DNA from: Marsupella aquatica
Lineage: Eukaryota; Plantae; Marchantiophyta
Reading direction: 5' to 3'
DNA length: 64,000 nucleotides
Assembly (NCBI GenBank): GCA_973895155.1
Contig: OZ316898.1
Coordinates: 18,673,292-18,737,291 of the forward strand
Shown here: one piece after another, positions 35,860 to 48,782 of the stretch
Layout: the number at the start of each line of letters is the position of its first letter
How positions within the stretch are numbered: position 1 is the stretch's first letter
Notes under the pieces: model-generated
What the model was told of the DNA's origin: nothing
Seen by the model: only the letters and a program-made list of their open reading frames with translations
Database searches by the model: none
Program-made: the position numbers and the translations under genes

Positions 35860-37572
35860 TTAAAGTCGTCTGGAGAGTACAACAGCCAGAAGCCAAGCCA
35901 ATACGAACAGCACATTGAAGAAGAACTTGTGCTTCGAAGGTCGGCCAGCGATGTCTTCATCCACCACAGGAGCCAACCGGTTGGAATATTGGCGCTCTAA
36001 GAATCTATTATAGAGCTTCTCTGTTGTCGGCAATTCTTCTTCTGCAGGTTTGATGACTCCCAATGACCTGAAAGACCTATTCCTCCAAACCCTCTTCACC
36101 TCATCGCCAACGGTCCTCCCCTCAGCTGCCAAACTCTTTTGGCTCATCACGAGCCTGTTCTTCAGCGTCTCTACAAGAGGACCTTGAGCGGAAGACACCG
36201 TCAATGCACTGGCTAAAGCCATGGTTGCGTCTTCTCCCACACTATTCTGTCCCAATTCCAGTCCGTGAAGATATGAGAGATTCCCAGATTCCAGCGCCCT
36301 AACCAGAGCCTTGATGGCCTTCGGCGACCGAATCTCGTTCCCGTTGAAGAGAAAGTGCTGCAATGCCGGAAGCTTACCGGCAGCCATGCTGTCAGCCAGA
36401 GCAATCAACCCCGCATCGATAATGGAGCAATGGGACAGGTCTAGGTACTCAAGCTTGCTCAAGCGTCCATTCCTGATGAGATGCACAACGGCCACGACCC
36501 CATTCTCAATGAGAGACAAAGACGCTGCTGAATTGGAATTGAGATTGTTGTACGACAGGTCCAGATGTTTCAGACCCGAGACTTGTCCCGCCCCTATGGC
36601 TTTCACGATGAAATCCGCCTGCTGAGCACCGATACCACACTGCGACAAGTTCAGGTGCCACAGTTTGGACACTTTCCCGGTCCTCAAAGCTATGGCGAGA
36701 GCCACACTGCCCAGGTCTCCGATGTGGTTCCCGCTCACGTCCAGAACCTCCAAATTGGGTGAACCCTCTAAAGATTGGAAAACAGGCACCAAAGCATCCC
36801 TCGCGTAGCAACGAGAGAGCATGACGTGCGTCAGCAGAGGGAGGTGTGACCCAACTTTCAACACACTGGCGAGAGCTTGAGTTCCTTCCTCGCCCAGCTC
36901 ATTGCCAGACAAGCTGAGAAATCTCAACTCCGGCAGCCGTCCCATGACCATCGCCCTCGTGAGCGACACTACTGCACGCTCAGCAATCCCATTCACAGAG
37001 AAGTCGAGATTCTGCATCTTCAACGCTGAGAAATTGCCGGATTGTAAAGCATCCGCCAAGCTCATCATCCCCATACTCCCAACGTTGCAATAGGATAAAT
37101 CCAGGCCTCGAAGGGAGGAAAGGTGTCCTGTCCTCAACACCTTTGCAAGCATGTTCGCCCCATTTTCTCCAATATCATTCTGTGCCATGATCAACGATTC
37201 CAAACTGGACAAGAAATTGGTTCCCATAGCGTCAGTCAGTGCCTCCAAGCCCCTCTGAGTGATGCCATTGTCGGTCAAATCCAAGTACCGCAGAGACGAG
37301 CCTCGCCTGCTCCCCTCCTTGAACGCACGAATCAATGTGATCAGACCCTGATCTCCGAGCTGGCTCCTCGGCAGAACCAGAGACCGTAAGTCCGACACTG
37401 CCTCAGCGAGATTCAGCTCATTCTTCGTTGTTTGCACCACGTCTCTCAAATCGTCGGCATCAAACGATGCAGCTTTCGCGTGCCCACGGTTGTCCACGCT
37501 CCTCTCCGCCTGCGGGTGAGCGTTGAGTCTCCGCACTAGGTCTCTCACGACGGCGGCCTCCGGAGAGGCCAT
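35860..37572 (-). CDS. Ribonuclease-inhibitor/NLRC3-type LRR protein (~570 aa) with predicted C-terminal tail anchor; intronless
   Basis: One long ORF with the first ATG at 37572 (MASPEAAVV). It carries about 12-13 repeats of ~30 aa (LxxLdLsxNxIGxxGxxaLaxalxxGxLsx) and ends KFFFNVLFVLAWLLAVVLSRRL*. Confidence 0.9.
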   Translation of the reverse strand: MASPEAAVVRDLVRRLNAHPQAERSVDNRGHAKAASFDADDLRDVVQTTKNELNLAEAVSDLRSLVLPRSQLGDQGLITLIRAFKEGSRRGSSLRYLDLTDNGITQRGLEALTDAMGTNFLSSLESLIMAQNDIGENGANMLAKVLRTGHLSSLRGLDLSYCNVGSMGMMSLADALQSGNFSALKMQNLDFSVNGIAERAVVSLTRAMVMGRLPELRFLSLSGNELGEEGTQALASVLKVGSHLPLLTHVMLSRCYARDALVPVFQSLEGSPNLEVLDVSGNHIGDLGSVALAIALRTGKVSKLWHLNLSQCGIGAQQADFIVKAIGAGQVSGLKHLDLSYNNLNSNSAASLSLIENGVVAVVHLIRNGRLSKLEYLDLSHCSIIDAGLIALADSMAAGKLPALQHFLFNGNEIRSPKAIKALVRALESGNLSYLHGLELGQNSVGEDATMALASALTVSSAQGPLVETLKNRLVMSQKSLAAEGRTVGDEVKRVWRNRSFRSLGVIKPAEEELPTTEKLYNRFLERQYSNRLAPVVDEDIAGRPSKHKFFFNVLFVLAWLLAVVLSRRL

Positions 37573-38599
37573 CCTCGATCCAGAAATTGGGGTCCTAGGC
37601 TCAATTGAGCCAACCAGTTCAATCACAACTCTATACTCAAAGAACTGGCAATGTCCCAGCCAAAACAATCACAGAATTCTCGTGTAGTTTTCAATACGAG
37701 AGGTCCAAACTGTCACCAAATCACGAGTCCAATCCAACTCAAAGATGTTCACAATCCTGACAAAAACACGACTGTCGGTCAGAGATATCGCGTTGCACCG
37801 CCCTAATTAACTCGAATTGCCAGCGATTCTTCTGTCCAGCCGAGAAATCTTCTCATGCGCACCGACGATCACCGATTCTCAAGCACTGTCCGCAGCTTAA
37901 ATAAGATCAGCTCGCATGAGGACGAGAGTCACTCAGACAAATATTACGTAGGATCTACCCTAACCCGAAGTCAATGCATTTGGCTCCCGAAGCTGCGTCA
38001 AAGACTAAAGTGATCCGTCAACATTCTCCATCAGCTAATTTATAGGCGAGAGACCGAATCCTCCACTCAAGACAAGTTTCGATAACTTGTCCGTCAATGA
38101 GAAGCGTGACGACGAGTCTCTGAAAGCTGATGATAGCTGGGAGCCGTGTGGGTCCCACATGATTCCAGACGAATTTCAGCAAGCTGTCGATGGATTGGTA
38201 TAAGAAATTGATATGGACACAGTCAGTCTAGTGAGCGTCAATGAAAAGCTGGTCCTGCGAGAGTTGTGTGAGAGAGAAGCTGATGAAGAAGGCAGAACAG
38301 TGGTGTGTGAGCTGTTTCGTTTGCAATTTGCATCACGCCATGACACGGGACTCATGGAGAGAAATTGTGGGTCTGATGAAGAGACAACGTTGAGCTGCTT
38401 CGCTCTCGATTGCAGTGGTCAGCCGAGAGATTGACCAAAATTTGCGCCGCCAGCGGTGCATATACAGAGCGAAGCTGCACATGCTTGGGAATGTATTGAT
38501 TTCGCCAATACATCTGGAAACCACATATTGTGTTGATTTGGCCAATAGTGCGTGTCAAAGTTCTCCCTTAACCAAAATCTTTGGGTCTTTTTTTTTACA

Positions 38600-38890
38600 C
38601 TTATTATTCATATGGGATACATATTTTGGTAGCCCATAGCTATTTGACCATAACATAGTTTTATGTCCTAAGCTGTGCTTAATACATGATAGGAAATGAC
38701 ATACTGTATTACTGTTGCCAGTTTGAATTGGAACTCGACCCATTTTTTTGGACTTATCACCCATATGGGGTACATATTTTGGTAGCCCCATAGTTTTCAG
38801 TCCTGAGCTGTGCTTTGACACTCCCCAGTACATGATCGGGAAACTGCATACTGTATTACTTTTGCCAGTTTGGAACTCGACCCATGGATC
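38600..38890. repeat. ~150-bp direct duplication within TE-like DNA
   Basis: CATATGGG.TACATATTTTGGTAGCCC...CATACTGTATTACT.TTGCCAGTTTG..GGAACTCGACCCAT occurs twice. Confidence 0.75.
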
Positions 38891-39657
38891 TATACTACGA
38901 CAGTGCTTGGGGATACCCTGCAAAAACCCAAAATGACAGCCATGGAGCATTTTGCAATTTTTTGGATCCATAAGTGGCACACTCTCATTGAAGGGGTGCA
39001 CTGGGCTGGTCTTAAAGCATTAAAAAATCATTGGAATTACTTTTCATGTATTTTGCACATGGAGGGAGAGAGATAGAACATCTTAATGAGTTTTTTTTTC
39101 CTTGACCCTGCATAAACCTTCTTAATGTGTTCTATTCGTGATTGAGCTTTTGCACAAAGAGCAAAAATGGGTGATAGCTAATACTGGTTTACTTGAAATG
39201 TAATTGGGACGAAGGGTGGTCAGCTGGAGGGTAATGTGCTGGAGGGTAATGTGCTGGAGGGCAAAGGGATGGAGTGGGAGGCTATGAGTATGGCAGCCAA
39301 CCAGGTGGAGGACAGGATGACCAGAAGGAGGGCTATGGGCTGGAGGACAGAGAGCTCTGGGCTGGAGGGGGGGAGTTACCCCTTGTTTGCATGACTCAAT
39401 GGGATGGAGGCTACCAGTTCTTTCTTTCATGTAAATAAACTTTTAGCAACAGATTTTTATTGTTTTGGGGGTGGGTTAGTATCATTTTGTTTTGTTAGGA
39501 AAGCATCACTTTTTGGGCTGCTATGGGTATGGTATTAATGGGAGCCAACTGGATGGAGGGCTATGGGATGGAGGACTTATTGTCCTAACACAAGCAGAAA
39601 CTAGTATAATGGGAAGATTATACTAATTAGCTAAAGCATCTTGACCCTCATCTAGCA

Positions 39658-40047
39658 GGTCTAAGTGCAGGCTCCCACGCCCAATCTTGCACTTACTCAT
39701 AGGCACAATGTTATAAGTGCATGAGATATCATTTATACACTTCTTCATATGTGCATGCCTACATTACTCGAGAAATGTATGCAAGCATATGCATTTCCTT
39801 ATGTGTTTTCAGGTCACACTCAGACTGCTCATACTTGGGAGACCTTATATTGCACAACTCAAATGATTAAGTGCACAAAATGTTTTTTATTGTTTCATTG
39901 CTGCACTTATGCACATGTTTCTTATGGATGTATTGCAGTAATTGATAGTTGCATGTGTACACTTATCGACTGAAATGCACTCAATGATTTGTCTCTTAGT
40001 GTCGGTATCTGTCTTTTAGCGGGGGTCAACCTGCACTTATCAGAACC
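39658..40047. mobile_element. Possible MITE with degenerate TIRs
   Basis: TAAGTGCAGG near 39662 and CCTGCACTTA near 40031 are inverted, with extended partial similarity. The interior is AT-rich with many TGCA motifs, and no TSD is seen. Confidence 0.35.
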
Positions 40048-43000
40048 ACGATAATCCCAATTATTTTATTATATCAAGTGTTGTTCCTTCTACGACAGAT
40101 GTGGAACATTTTGATTACAATAATTACCAGACCTAAAGGTAAGTTCGCTATTGTAGGTCCCCAAAACACTGAGGCCAATCAAATGCCTGTTATTTAGAGG
40201 GGAAGATGCCAGCCCCTCTTCCATGAAACCTACTGTAGAGTACTAGACCCTCAAGGCAGAAGCCGGCTGCTGAGATTGATTTCTGTACTGTATTCGAACT
40301 CAAAAGCAACTCCGACAGATTTCTGGAATTCTCGTTACCTTGTATCGAATTCGGGCGGCGGCGTCGGACTGCTGTAGGCCCAATTCGTTACCGTGTTGTG
40401 AAGGATTACGCAAGCGCCTTGTACAGAGACGAGGTACTGACGAAATTGGATCCAGATCGCTGATGGGAAACGAGCGATACAGTCATGCCAAAATCCAATT
40501 TCCTTGGATTCTAAGTAAAACCCGCCGTACGTTGAAAAGCAAAACCAAAATTTGGATCTCCTTGTCTCCAGTGAGAGACATTTGTTTCACGAGTGAGAAA
40601 TGCATCGAATCCATCGACAGCAACGAGCCACGAGGTTTGGATTGCCATTTCGGCCAGCTTCACACTGCTTGACGGGTTTTGGATTAGTGGGAAGCGCGAA
40701 AGGAAGTTCCTCCGCAACTGCTAGTCAGATCGATCGATGGTGTCTGTGACGTTCACTGCGGGCTCTATTACGATGTGCAACGGCTTTGGGGCCTGCCCAC
40801 ATGGTGCACAATGCCGCACATCCGTGCACTAGATTTTTTACCTGCACGTACTCCTCAGTTGGTATGTACGGGATGGCACGAGGAAAATGCCCTCCCGTCA
40901 ATCAACTGGGTCCAAGCAATCGATAGCATTTCTATATTGCATTCTGGGTCTCGTGTGTATCGGTATATGAATCCGTGTGTATCGGTATATGAATCCAATA
41001 TGCCCAGGGTATTGCTTTGATGCTAACAGTGAATCCTTGCAAGCACCATTTTGCCGTCAATGCCAGGCAGATATGAATTAGAAATCCCCAAAATAGCTAC
41101 AAAATTGACTTCCGTCTGACTCAATATGGCAGGAGTCAGTGTCTGATACGTTCGAGTGGAATGCTTCTACCCACACACGGAATGCTTCAGGCCCGCATTC
41201 AGTCCGGAGTCTCTTACGACCCTGAACCGGCCAACTGAGCTAACCTCCGGCCGGACCTGATGAGACTGGTTGACACGAGGAAGCTGCCCCTCGTCCAACT
41301 GAGCACCGTTGTGATCGGCGCTCTCATTTGTGTCACAGTGGCAGAAGTACGTGTGGCACGGGCATGATATGTTTCCCTCCCACAATCATATCCCAGCAAA
41401 TCTATCGGATTAGTTTGAATCCTACAAGGCTGCAAGCAATAAACCGAAACTGCCAAGTAAAAGCCACTTCCTCGACTGATCGTAAAGGCAAATATCTTCC
41501 GGTCACGAGCAAGTAATGACCCAAGTGACCTGCGCTCTGGGCCGCGCAATACTCTCGAAAATATTTGGGGTTGGAATAGTCGAAGTCACACACCATGCAT
41601 CCAACTTACACTGCGCGCGGTCAGTGGTCAGGAAATTGCCATCTGAGCAATCTCCGCAGCCGAAAGTACGGGATCAGCACGAAAACTTGTAGACCAACCT
41701 ACCTTTTAGCACCTGATGAAGGAAAGATCCGACGTGTCGTCAGTCGTGATCAGGAGTGTCGTCTGAGACGGCAGTAAGCCAGTTTCTAATGGATCGGTGA
41801 CGTCACCACTCTAGAAGAAACAGAAGACCTGAAGAGTGAAGACCTAATAGGCCATGACCAAGTCCCGTGTTTCCTGCAGACCAAACGACTGGATTCGACA
41901 TTGCGTTACAGGACCCAAGGAATCATCCCTGAGGAAACTCATGTGGGACCATGATGGTGCAGATGCGATTGGCCTGCTGGACACTCCCCAATTGTACACC
42001 AAGCTCTACGGAAAAGCTCGAGTCCTCAGGAAAGAAGCGATGAAGCTGTGGTACATGATTGGACAGACTTGCTTGTGTATTTTCTTTGTTTTTCTGTCTC
42101 CTATCCATGTCAAATTCAATAGATTTCGCGTTGTTCATTCGCCTCGTCCCTCCATCTCAAGAATAATCCTCGCACTATTTGTCAACGAACAGATGAGTTT
42201 GGATGAGCCCCCCTTTTGAGTGTTGATCTAGCTTCCATAGGTTTTAACTGTTTTCATTATCCAACGAGCTTTTTCTGGCTTTTCTCAATGTGACTGTCAA
42301 TCTAGCTTCCTTTTGTTCTAACTGTTCTCCCTATCCATTGAGCTTCTTCTGCTTTTCCCAACTTGAATGTCGATTTAGCTTCTGACTCTTATCCAGTTGA
42401 TTCTCCTCCGCTTTAGCCGATTCGACTGTCGATTTAGCTTCTGAGTATCCATCGAGCTTCTTCCGCTTTTCCCATTTGAGTGCCGATTGGCTTCTGAGTA
42501 TCCAATTGGAGCTTACTGTTTCCTTTTCGAACTTTCGAACTTTCGAACTGGACAATTTGAGTGTCGATTAGTATCAGCTTTCCGTATCAATTACGCTTTG
42601 TTTTCCCATCGGTGTGACTATGTAGCTGGGTTTGTTCCTTTCTTCGACTAGTTTCTAGAGTTGGTTATATTCCGTTCTACGGCTAGTTTCCAGATGCCTA
42701 GCTACATTCTCTCTTTATGAGATTTGTGTCCTGATTGGACTTTATTTTGCTAGATTCAGGGTTCTGCAATGATTGGCGAACGACCACGGCAACGAATTCC
42801 ATAGCTAGCTTGAGGAGAATTCTAGCCCTCTAGCTATAGCAAACGCATCATTCATTCCAAGCGCGCTAGCCTGCAAAAGTGCAATCAAAAGTATTAGGGG
42901 GCCCACGTTGGCATGATTCATGAACATTGGACACGGTATACCCAATTTGTATGGCCGCCTGACTATGTGAATTGTGAACACTGATATTACACTTTGGGAT

Positions 43001-44624
43001 GTTCGTTTGCTGGTTTCCGCCATCGTTTGTTTTACAACCTCAAACAATTTAGCTAACCTACTCATTTTTTCGTTCTCTTCAGGACCTACTGGCTAAATTG
43101 AAGACTCTAGAGGGTGACTCTCCTGAAGTTGGGGAAAAGGACCTAGGACCTATTGGCTAGAGTGAAGCTTCTCTAGAAGGTGAATCTCAAGTTTAACTGC
43201 AGTTGAACCTCTAGGTGTTGACTCTTGGGCTTAACTGAAGTTGAAGTCTCTAGACTGCGACTCTTGGGCTTAACTGAATTAAGTTGAAGTCTGTAGACTG
43301 GATTGAGGTTTAAGTTGAGGATGATGACAACCCGGACAATGAAAACTTGCAGGATGTTGGCCATTGGACCATTCTCACCTAACCAGTGTCCTTGCGTAAC
43401 TGGCCATGGAAAAGGAGTGGGGCACTAGAGAAGCATAGTATGCACCACATTGCCAAAGAACAAGAAACACCAAACTGGGAGACAAGATCACAACCACAAT
43501 ATACCCAATAAAGGAGGAAAAACAAAGGAAGACTGCAGAATGAAAGAAGAAGAAAAAATGGAGTCCCCAACAACTGCAAGAGAATGAATGCCCTGATCAG
43601 CATCAAACTGAAATGCCCAGTAAAGCTCTGGAGGGTCACAAAGAGCATTCTGTCTAGAGCCCTAAAACCAAAACCTTGGCCCTTTGAAGAATAGTGCATG
43701 TGTGAGCCCCTTGTAGTGCTGCAAAACACCCGCTATCTCAAGAAGGTAGTGAGGACAAAAACCTGGGTGGTCTCCCCATATCAAGCCTTCCCCGTCATGT
43801 GTAACATTTTGAAAGACTCAAACACCCTACAACTTGTAGAAACAAGGTTTTTGGAATTAATCTATGAATTTGGAATATGCTGTAAACATTATAAAAAATG
43901 GTTAAAAACCCTATCTTTTATTATAAGTTTCAAAGTTGGATTTAAAAAGACCTTAATGTTCTTTTACAAACAAATTAAAAATTCCCTTAAGATTAATAAA
44001 ACAATCCTATGCCTTGTCAAGGGGATATGCCCAAGACAAAAACTGGAGGATAAGGTTTCCGCCCTACCCAGAAGACCGAGTAGGAAACTATCAAAGACAG
44101 AGCAAGCGGATAAAATATCAAAGTCACCTCGGCAGCTGTGCACTCCTGCTCTCTTCCAGGGGCCAGCAACATGCATGAAAGTAAGACGACACCTGCTAAT
44201 CAATGGTATTCAATTCCAGCCCTACCTTCACCATATCAAAGCTGTAGTAGGACTAACTTCTTGTAAAATGAACATTTTTTCCTTTTCTCGACAGCTTTTC
44301 TTCACCTCAACATGTTTTTTTTCAACTGGACATCTTTTTGTGCAACACACAAGCATTGGGCTAATGGTGCTAGAATAATTGCTAGACAAGTTGGGGACCA
44401 AGTCACATAGTTCTTTGGCTAGTAGGGCTCTTCTTGTTTTTGACAAGCTAAGATCTGATGAGGGGGATGTGGGTTCACTTTTAGTGTAAACGACTCCAAA
44501 AAATAGGAATGGACCAAGTCGTGATATGAAGAGACCTTCTAGAGAGGTGGTCTAAAATATGGGACAAAAATGTGCTCCACATAAGCAAATTTGGGCCCAC
44601 TATGGAGGATCGGCAACAGGTTAG

Positions 44625-44950
44625 GTTAAAAGTGCCTTCAATGTTTTGTAAAGTAAACAGTAACAACAAGTTAAGTTGAAAGTGCCCCCAATGTTTTGCA
44701 CAGTGAAGAGTAACAGTTTCTCCCCAATTTTCTTTCTCAATGGATGGCCCTAATCACATCTCCCCAATGGATATCCCTGATGACATCTTAGCGGGCATCT
44801 TAGAGACCAGGAGAAATGCCCTGATCACATCTTGGAGACCCAAAAAACAATTTTCTCCTCCAATCGATGGCCCCAGTTTTCTCCCCCAATGGAGGGCCCT
44901 GATCACATCTTGGAGACAGCAAAAAGTTGAAAGTGCCCCCAAGGTCTTGT
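44625..44950. repeat. Short dispersed direct repeats in TE-like DNA
   Basis: GTT(G/A)AAAGTGCC....ATGTTTTG occurs three times and GCCCT(G/A)ATCACATCT three times. Confidence 0.6.
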
Positions 44951-45847
44951 AAAGCCACCCTAAAGTCATGGCAGTATTAATAGGATAATGTACTGGTCAG
45001 AGGGCATTATGAGATATAATGCCCTGAAAAACAAGGGCAACAGCCCAAGTTTTGAGGGCATTCTTCTCATAATGCCAGTAACTAAGACATTAAATAATGT
45101 GCATAAAAACTTGAGTGATTTTTGGGTAACAAACATGAAAAAATGAATCTCTAAATAAAACATCCAAGCAAAAGGGCTTGCAATTGGCCAAAGGCATAAA
45201 AGAAGTTTAAAACAAATCTTATGATTTTGATACAAGTCATTATGTTATTTTATTTGGTAACACTATATTTGAATTTTGTCTTTCCTATTTTTGTGATACT
45301 TCACATAATGCCCTCCTCAAAAGAAGGGAGTTTGTATGGGAAATTAATGTACGAAAATTAATGCACTCAAAAATACCAACAAAAAAAATCACAAAATTCT
45401 TTACGTATATCATAGTGCCCAGCCGCAAAATCGCCAAACCCTGAGACAGGGGTTCCAATCATCATTTTTTTAGGGTTTTTTGTGTTTTGCCAGTTTGGCT
45501 AATGGGAGATGTTAGAAATATTCTTTGTCAGTTTTTCCTGGATTATTTCTTGACCGTCAGATATTGCTGATTTACTGATGACAGTTAGATTCTGGCAAAT
45601 GGGGTCCATGGAGAAATGGCGAATGGCATAGAAAGAATCTAGCTAATGTTAGCCAAAAGCGACGAACACTTTTTGGGGAGGTGGAATTTGGCGAAAACTC
45701 GCACGTAAAAAATACAAAATAAGCTGGTCCCCGTGGCAACGAATCCACCGTAAAGTCATGGCAATTGGTCTGCGTGATTGAAGCAGTCTTCGCCGCGTTT
45801 GACTGCCAAAGCCCAGAAGGACCTATGGCGGTCATGCGTCAATCCTA

Positions 45848-45966
45848 CTCTGACTTGCTTTTGTAATTTGGGATCCAGCGTTCAGTGTCTCTGACTTACT
45901 TTTGTAATTTGGATACAGCGTTCAATGTCTCTGACTGCTTTTGTGATTTGGGTGTATTGTTCAGTG
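45848..45966. repeat. ~40-bp tandem repeat, about 3 copies
   Basis: CTCTGACTT(G/A)CTTTTGTAATTTGG(G)AT(C/A)CAGCGTTCA(G/A)TGT is repeated. Confidence 0.85.
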
Positions 45967-47709
45967 TTGACTTCCACAATGCTTGGTCTCCTGCTCAAAG
46001 ACGAAGAATTGTTCTAGCTCTACTGTTGAAGGAGCTGTTCATCGATAGGCTCTCTTGCTTGAACCGTGTTTCACTCCCACCATGTTCCCATTCCTGCTCA
46101 CGACTGTACTGTTCTTCTCGAGTCAGTTCATCGTGCTCCTAATCGACCGTGCACTGCACATAATAGTCTACTCCTCCTGCAGGTCTTAGGGGATATGGCA
46201 TTCTTGGGTCGGATTCCAGTGAAACTTGGTCGGTTGAACATGAATAAATCGTTCCGTGTTTTGGGGTCTTTGATTTTAACGAAGACCAGTAACAGGCTTA
46301 TCAGAACGAGCAATTTCAGGGCAAACCAGCAACAAGAAATGGTCAGGGAAACTGCGTAGGAGACCACCTCTTTTACTGTTGTTTCCGTCGTCAAATTCGA
46401 GCTCATGAAAACCACACTACCGATTTAGTGAAAAATACATACAATAGGTAACTGAGTGTGACTCCGGAGGTGCAGCATTCAGGTGAACTCCGGAGACTAC
46501 ACTTGTTTCCAGATTTCGCTCTGCGAGCTGTTAACACAACGCCGGAACTTGTTTAGGAACTGAATCTAACTTCTGAATCCAAGCCTAATATCTGTATACC
46601 AAGATATCGTGGTTGATTTCAATCAGAAGTCAACAGCTAGGACAGATTGAACCAAAGTTGTCCGCGCTCCAGGCCTCACCATATTGTAGAGTAGAGTTGT
46701 CTTTTCAAACGAACATGAATTCCTGTCATCATGATCTGAATCAAACGAACAATGCCATGAGCCACATGATCCAGCTCCAATGGTAATGTTTGGTATCAAC
46801 AAAGCAAGTTCAACTACTGCAAGAGAATCTGAACCAGGTTTTGATTGAGAAGAACAAAGCCAGGAATTAGATATCACTAGCTTACATGTCACAATGAGGG
46901 ACAAAAGGTTGATCGTCATTAAATTACAAAACGATTGTTGATGTTTATGCAACAAAGAAACATAAGCGCACGGCTGAAATACAGATTTGCAGTCAAAAGT
47001 GCTGTGCACAAAACAAAATCTATGGTAGAATATTTGATGTGGAGCAACCGTCATCTCCTTGAAACGGGATTTCTATGTTTCGTGTTCCATTCCACATGGG
47101 CAGGGATCAAATTGAGCACAACTAATGTAAGAGCACAGATGGCTACCAAATCAGGAACGAATGATGCAAGTACAAGAACCAAAAGAGCTTCCAAGCAAGT
47201 GTCCCATAACATGAAAAAGATGCACAGCTTCTTGATACTAGTCTTCACTGAGCAACCATCATGCATGCCTAAAAAGGCCTTTAAAAGTCAAAAACCATGT
47301 GGAAGTTAAGCAAGAAGTACCCATCATTCCGGGAACGATCAGAATATACTGACTTGGCCGAAGAGATCTCGCTCCAGCCATGAAAGGTATTCAAACCTCA
47401 TGGTGTAAGTCTTCTTCAGCACGTATTGTGATGTAGCCACTGCGTTGGGACATTTGCTCCACATTGCCAAATTTTCCAGTATAGCCTTCATAACTGGAAA
47501 ATATTATCAAGGGACAACTATTTCTGTATAAATATGAGCTGCTTGTTAGAGTTCTCGCGCCACCACTGGTCGGCTTCGTAACGACTTTTACGCTTTTGTT
47601 GGATAAAATATCTTCCGAGTAAAACTATCCACGCTGCTTAAATTTTTTTATTGCTCTGTAGCATACTACGAAGTTTGAGCCGTAATAATAGTCTGACCCT
47701 CGTCTGCAG

Positions 47710-48782
47710 GTGATTTTGTTTTCAGGTATTTTCCGATGCCTCTGGCAGGAATGAGTACCCTTCGATATTCTGAAAGCCAGGGACCCATCATTCATAAGCC
47801 CATTCGAGTGGAAGATGGGAAGGTCTTTCTGCCCTTCGTGCTAAGGTTGGCACTGTCATCTAAATCACATTCAGTCAAATCGGCGGGCAGCCTGAACCAC
47901 GGGTGTGCTGGTCATTGCAGAAACTTGGGAGTTAGGTTCGTCTTATCAACATCACTTCGTTTGATGCTTCTACATTGGTGAAATATGTCATTGTCATGAT
48001 CATGTCTGCAGGTGGGAAATGCCTCAGTTGTTCTAGGTTTTGTCGGACCTCCTTTCTCCTTGGCCTCATTGTTGAGGGCGGATCATTCAAGAACTATACT
48101 GACTATCCGAGATGGATTCAGTGATTGTCACTTCCTCCACCCTGGGTTGGTTCTTCGCTATGTGCAATCGACCCTTCAACTAGAATCTGAAGTTACTGAT
48201 TCAATCTAATGTTGTGCCTTGGTCCTCAAGATGTGTTTTCTTTTTTGAGAAAACAGGACGCCGCAGATGTTGCCACGCATTGCTGCGAAAATTGAGTCAC
48301 TCACTCACTATGTGAGATATCAGGCTGACACGGGTGCACAAGCAGTGCAGATCTTTGATTCATGGGCTACCAAACTCTGCCGAGCTGATTAGAAATTTTC
48401 AACTTACCCTCCATCACTTACATTGTGAACAATGTCAACAAAATCCTTTCCAACCGAACAATCATCTTGTACGCAAGTGGTAGTGCTGCTCCAGCGAATG
48501 GCATCATCTGGAGTTGATATATTCAGTGTAGACTGGAATGTTGATATCATGCAGGCAAGGCAAAGTGTAGGCCCACAGCTTGCCATGCAAGGAAACCTTG
48601 ATCCTGCTGCTCTGTTATCCTACTCTGTGCTGTTCCAAGGACTGTATAACAGAAATGATCCGTGGGAAAGTAGAGAAAGCTGGCCAGCATAAGCAAATCT
48701 TAAACACGGTGTCCTGGTAGGTACTCCGGAAGAGAACATACCCCACATTTTTTAAGTTTCTGAGGATGTACGATACAAGTAG
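47710..48782 (+). pseudogene. UROD: Uroporphyrinogen decarboxylase (plastid HEME-type) pseudogene, N-terminally truncated, introns retained
   Basis: Fragments read [97 protein letters not shown] and HGVLVGTPEENI. There are several frameshifts and in-frame stops, and acceptors survive at 47709 and 48011. Confidence 0.92.

Noticed and set aside
37573-37668. N-terminal extension of the LRR ORF (and similarly 63482-63580 for the U-box, 6357-6431 and 21182-21256 for MATEs)
   Set aside because: The ORF track starts at non-ATG codons. The first in-frame ATG is the more plausible eukaryotic start.
43698-44378. 226-aa + strand ORF as a gene or transposase
   Set aside because: No family motif or catalytic DDE is recognisable, and it lies in AT-rich repeat debris. 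The 8-bp GGGCACTA/TAGTGCCC match at ~43420/45413 is too short and lacks a TSD.
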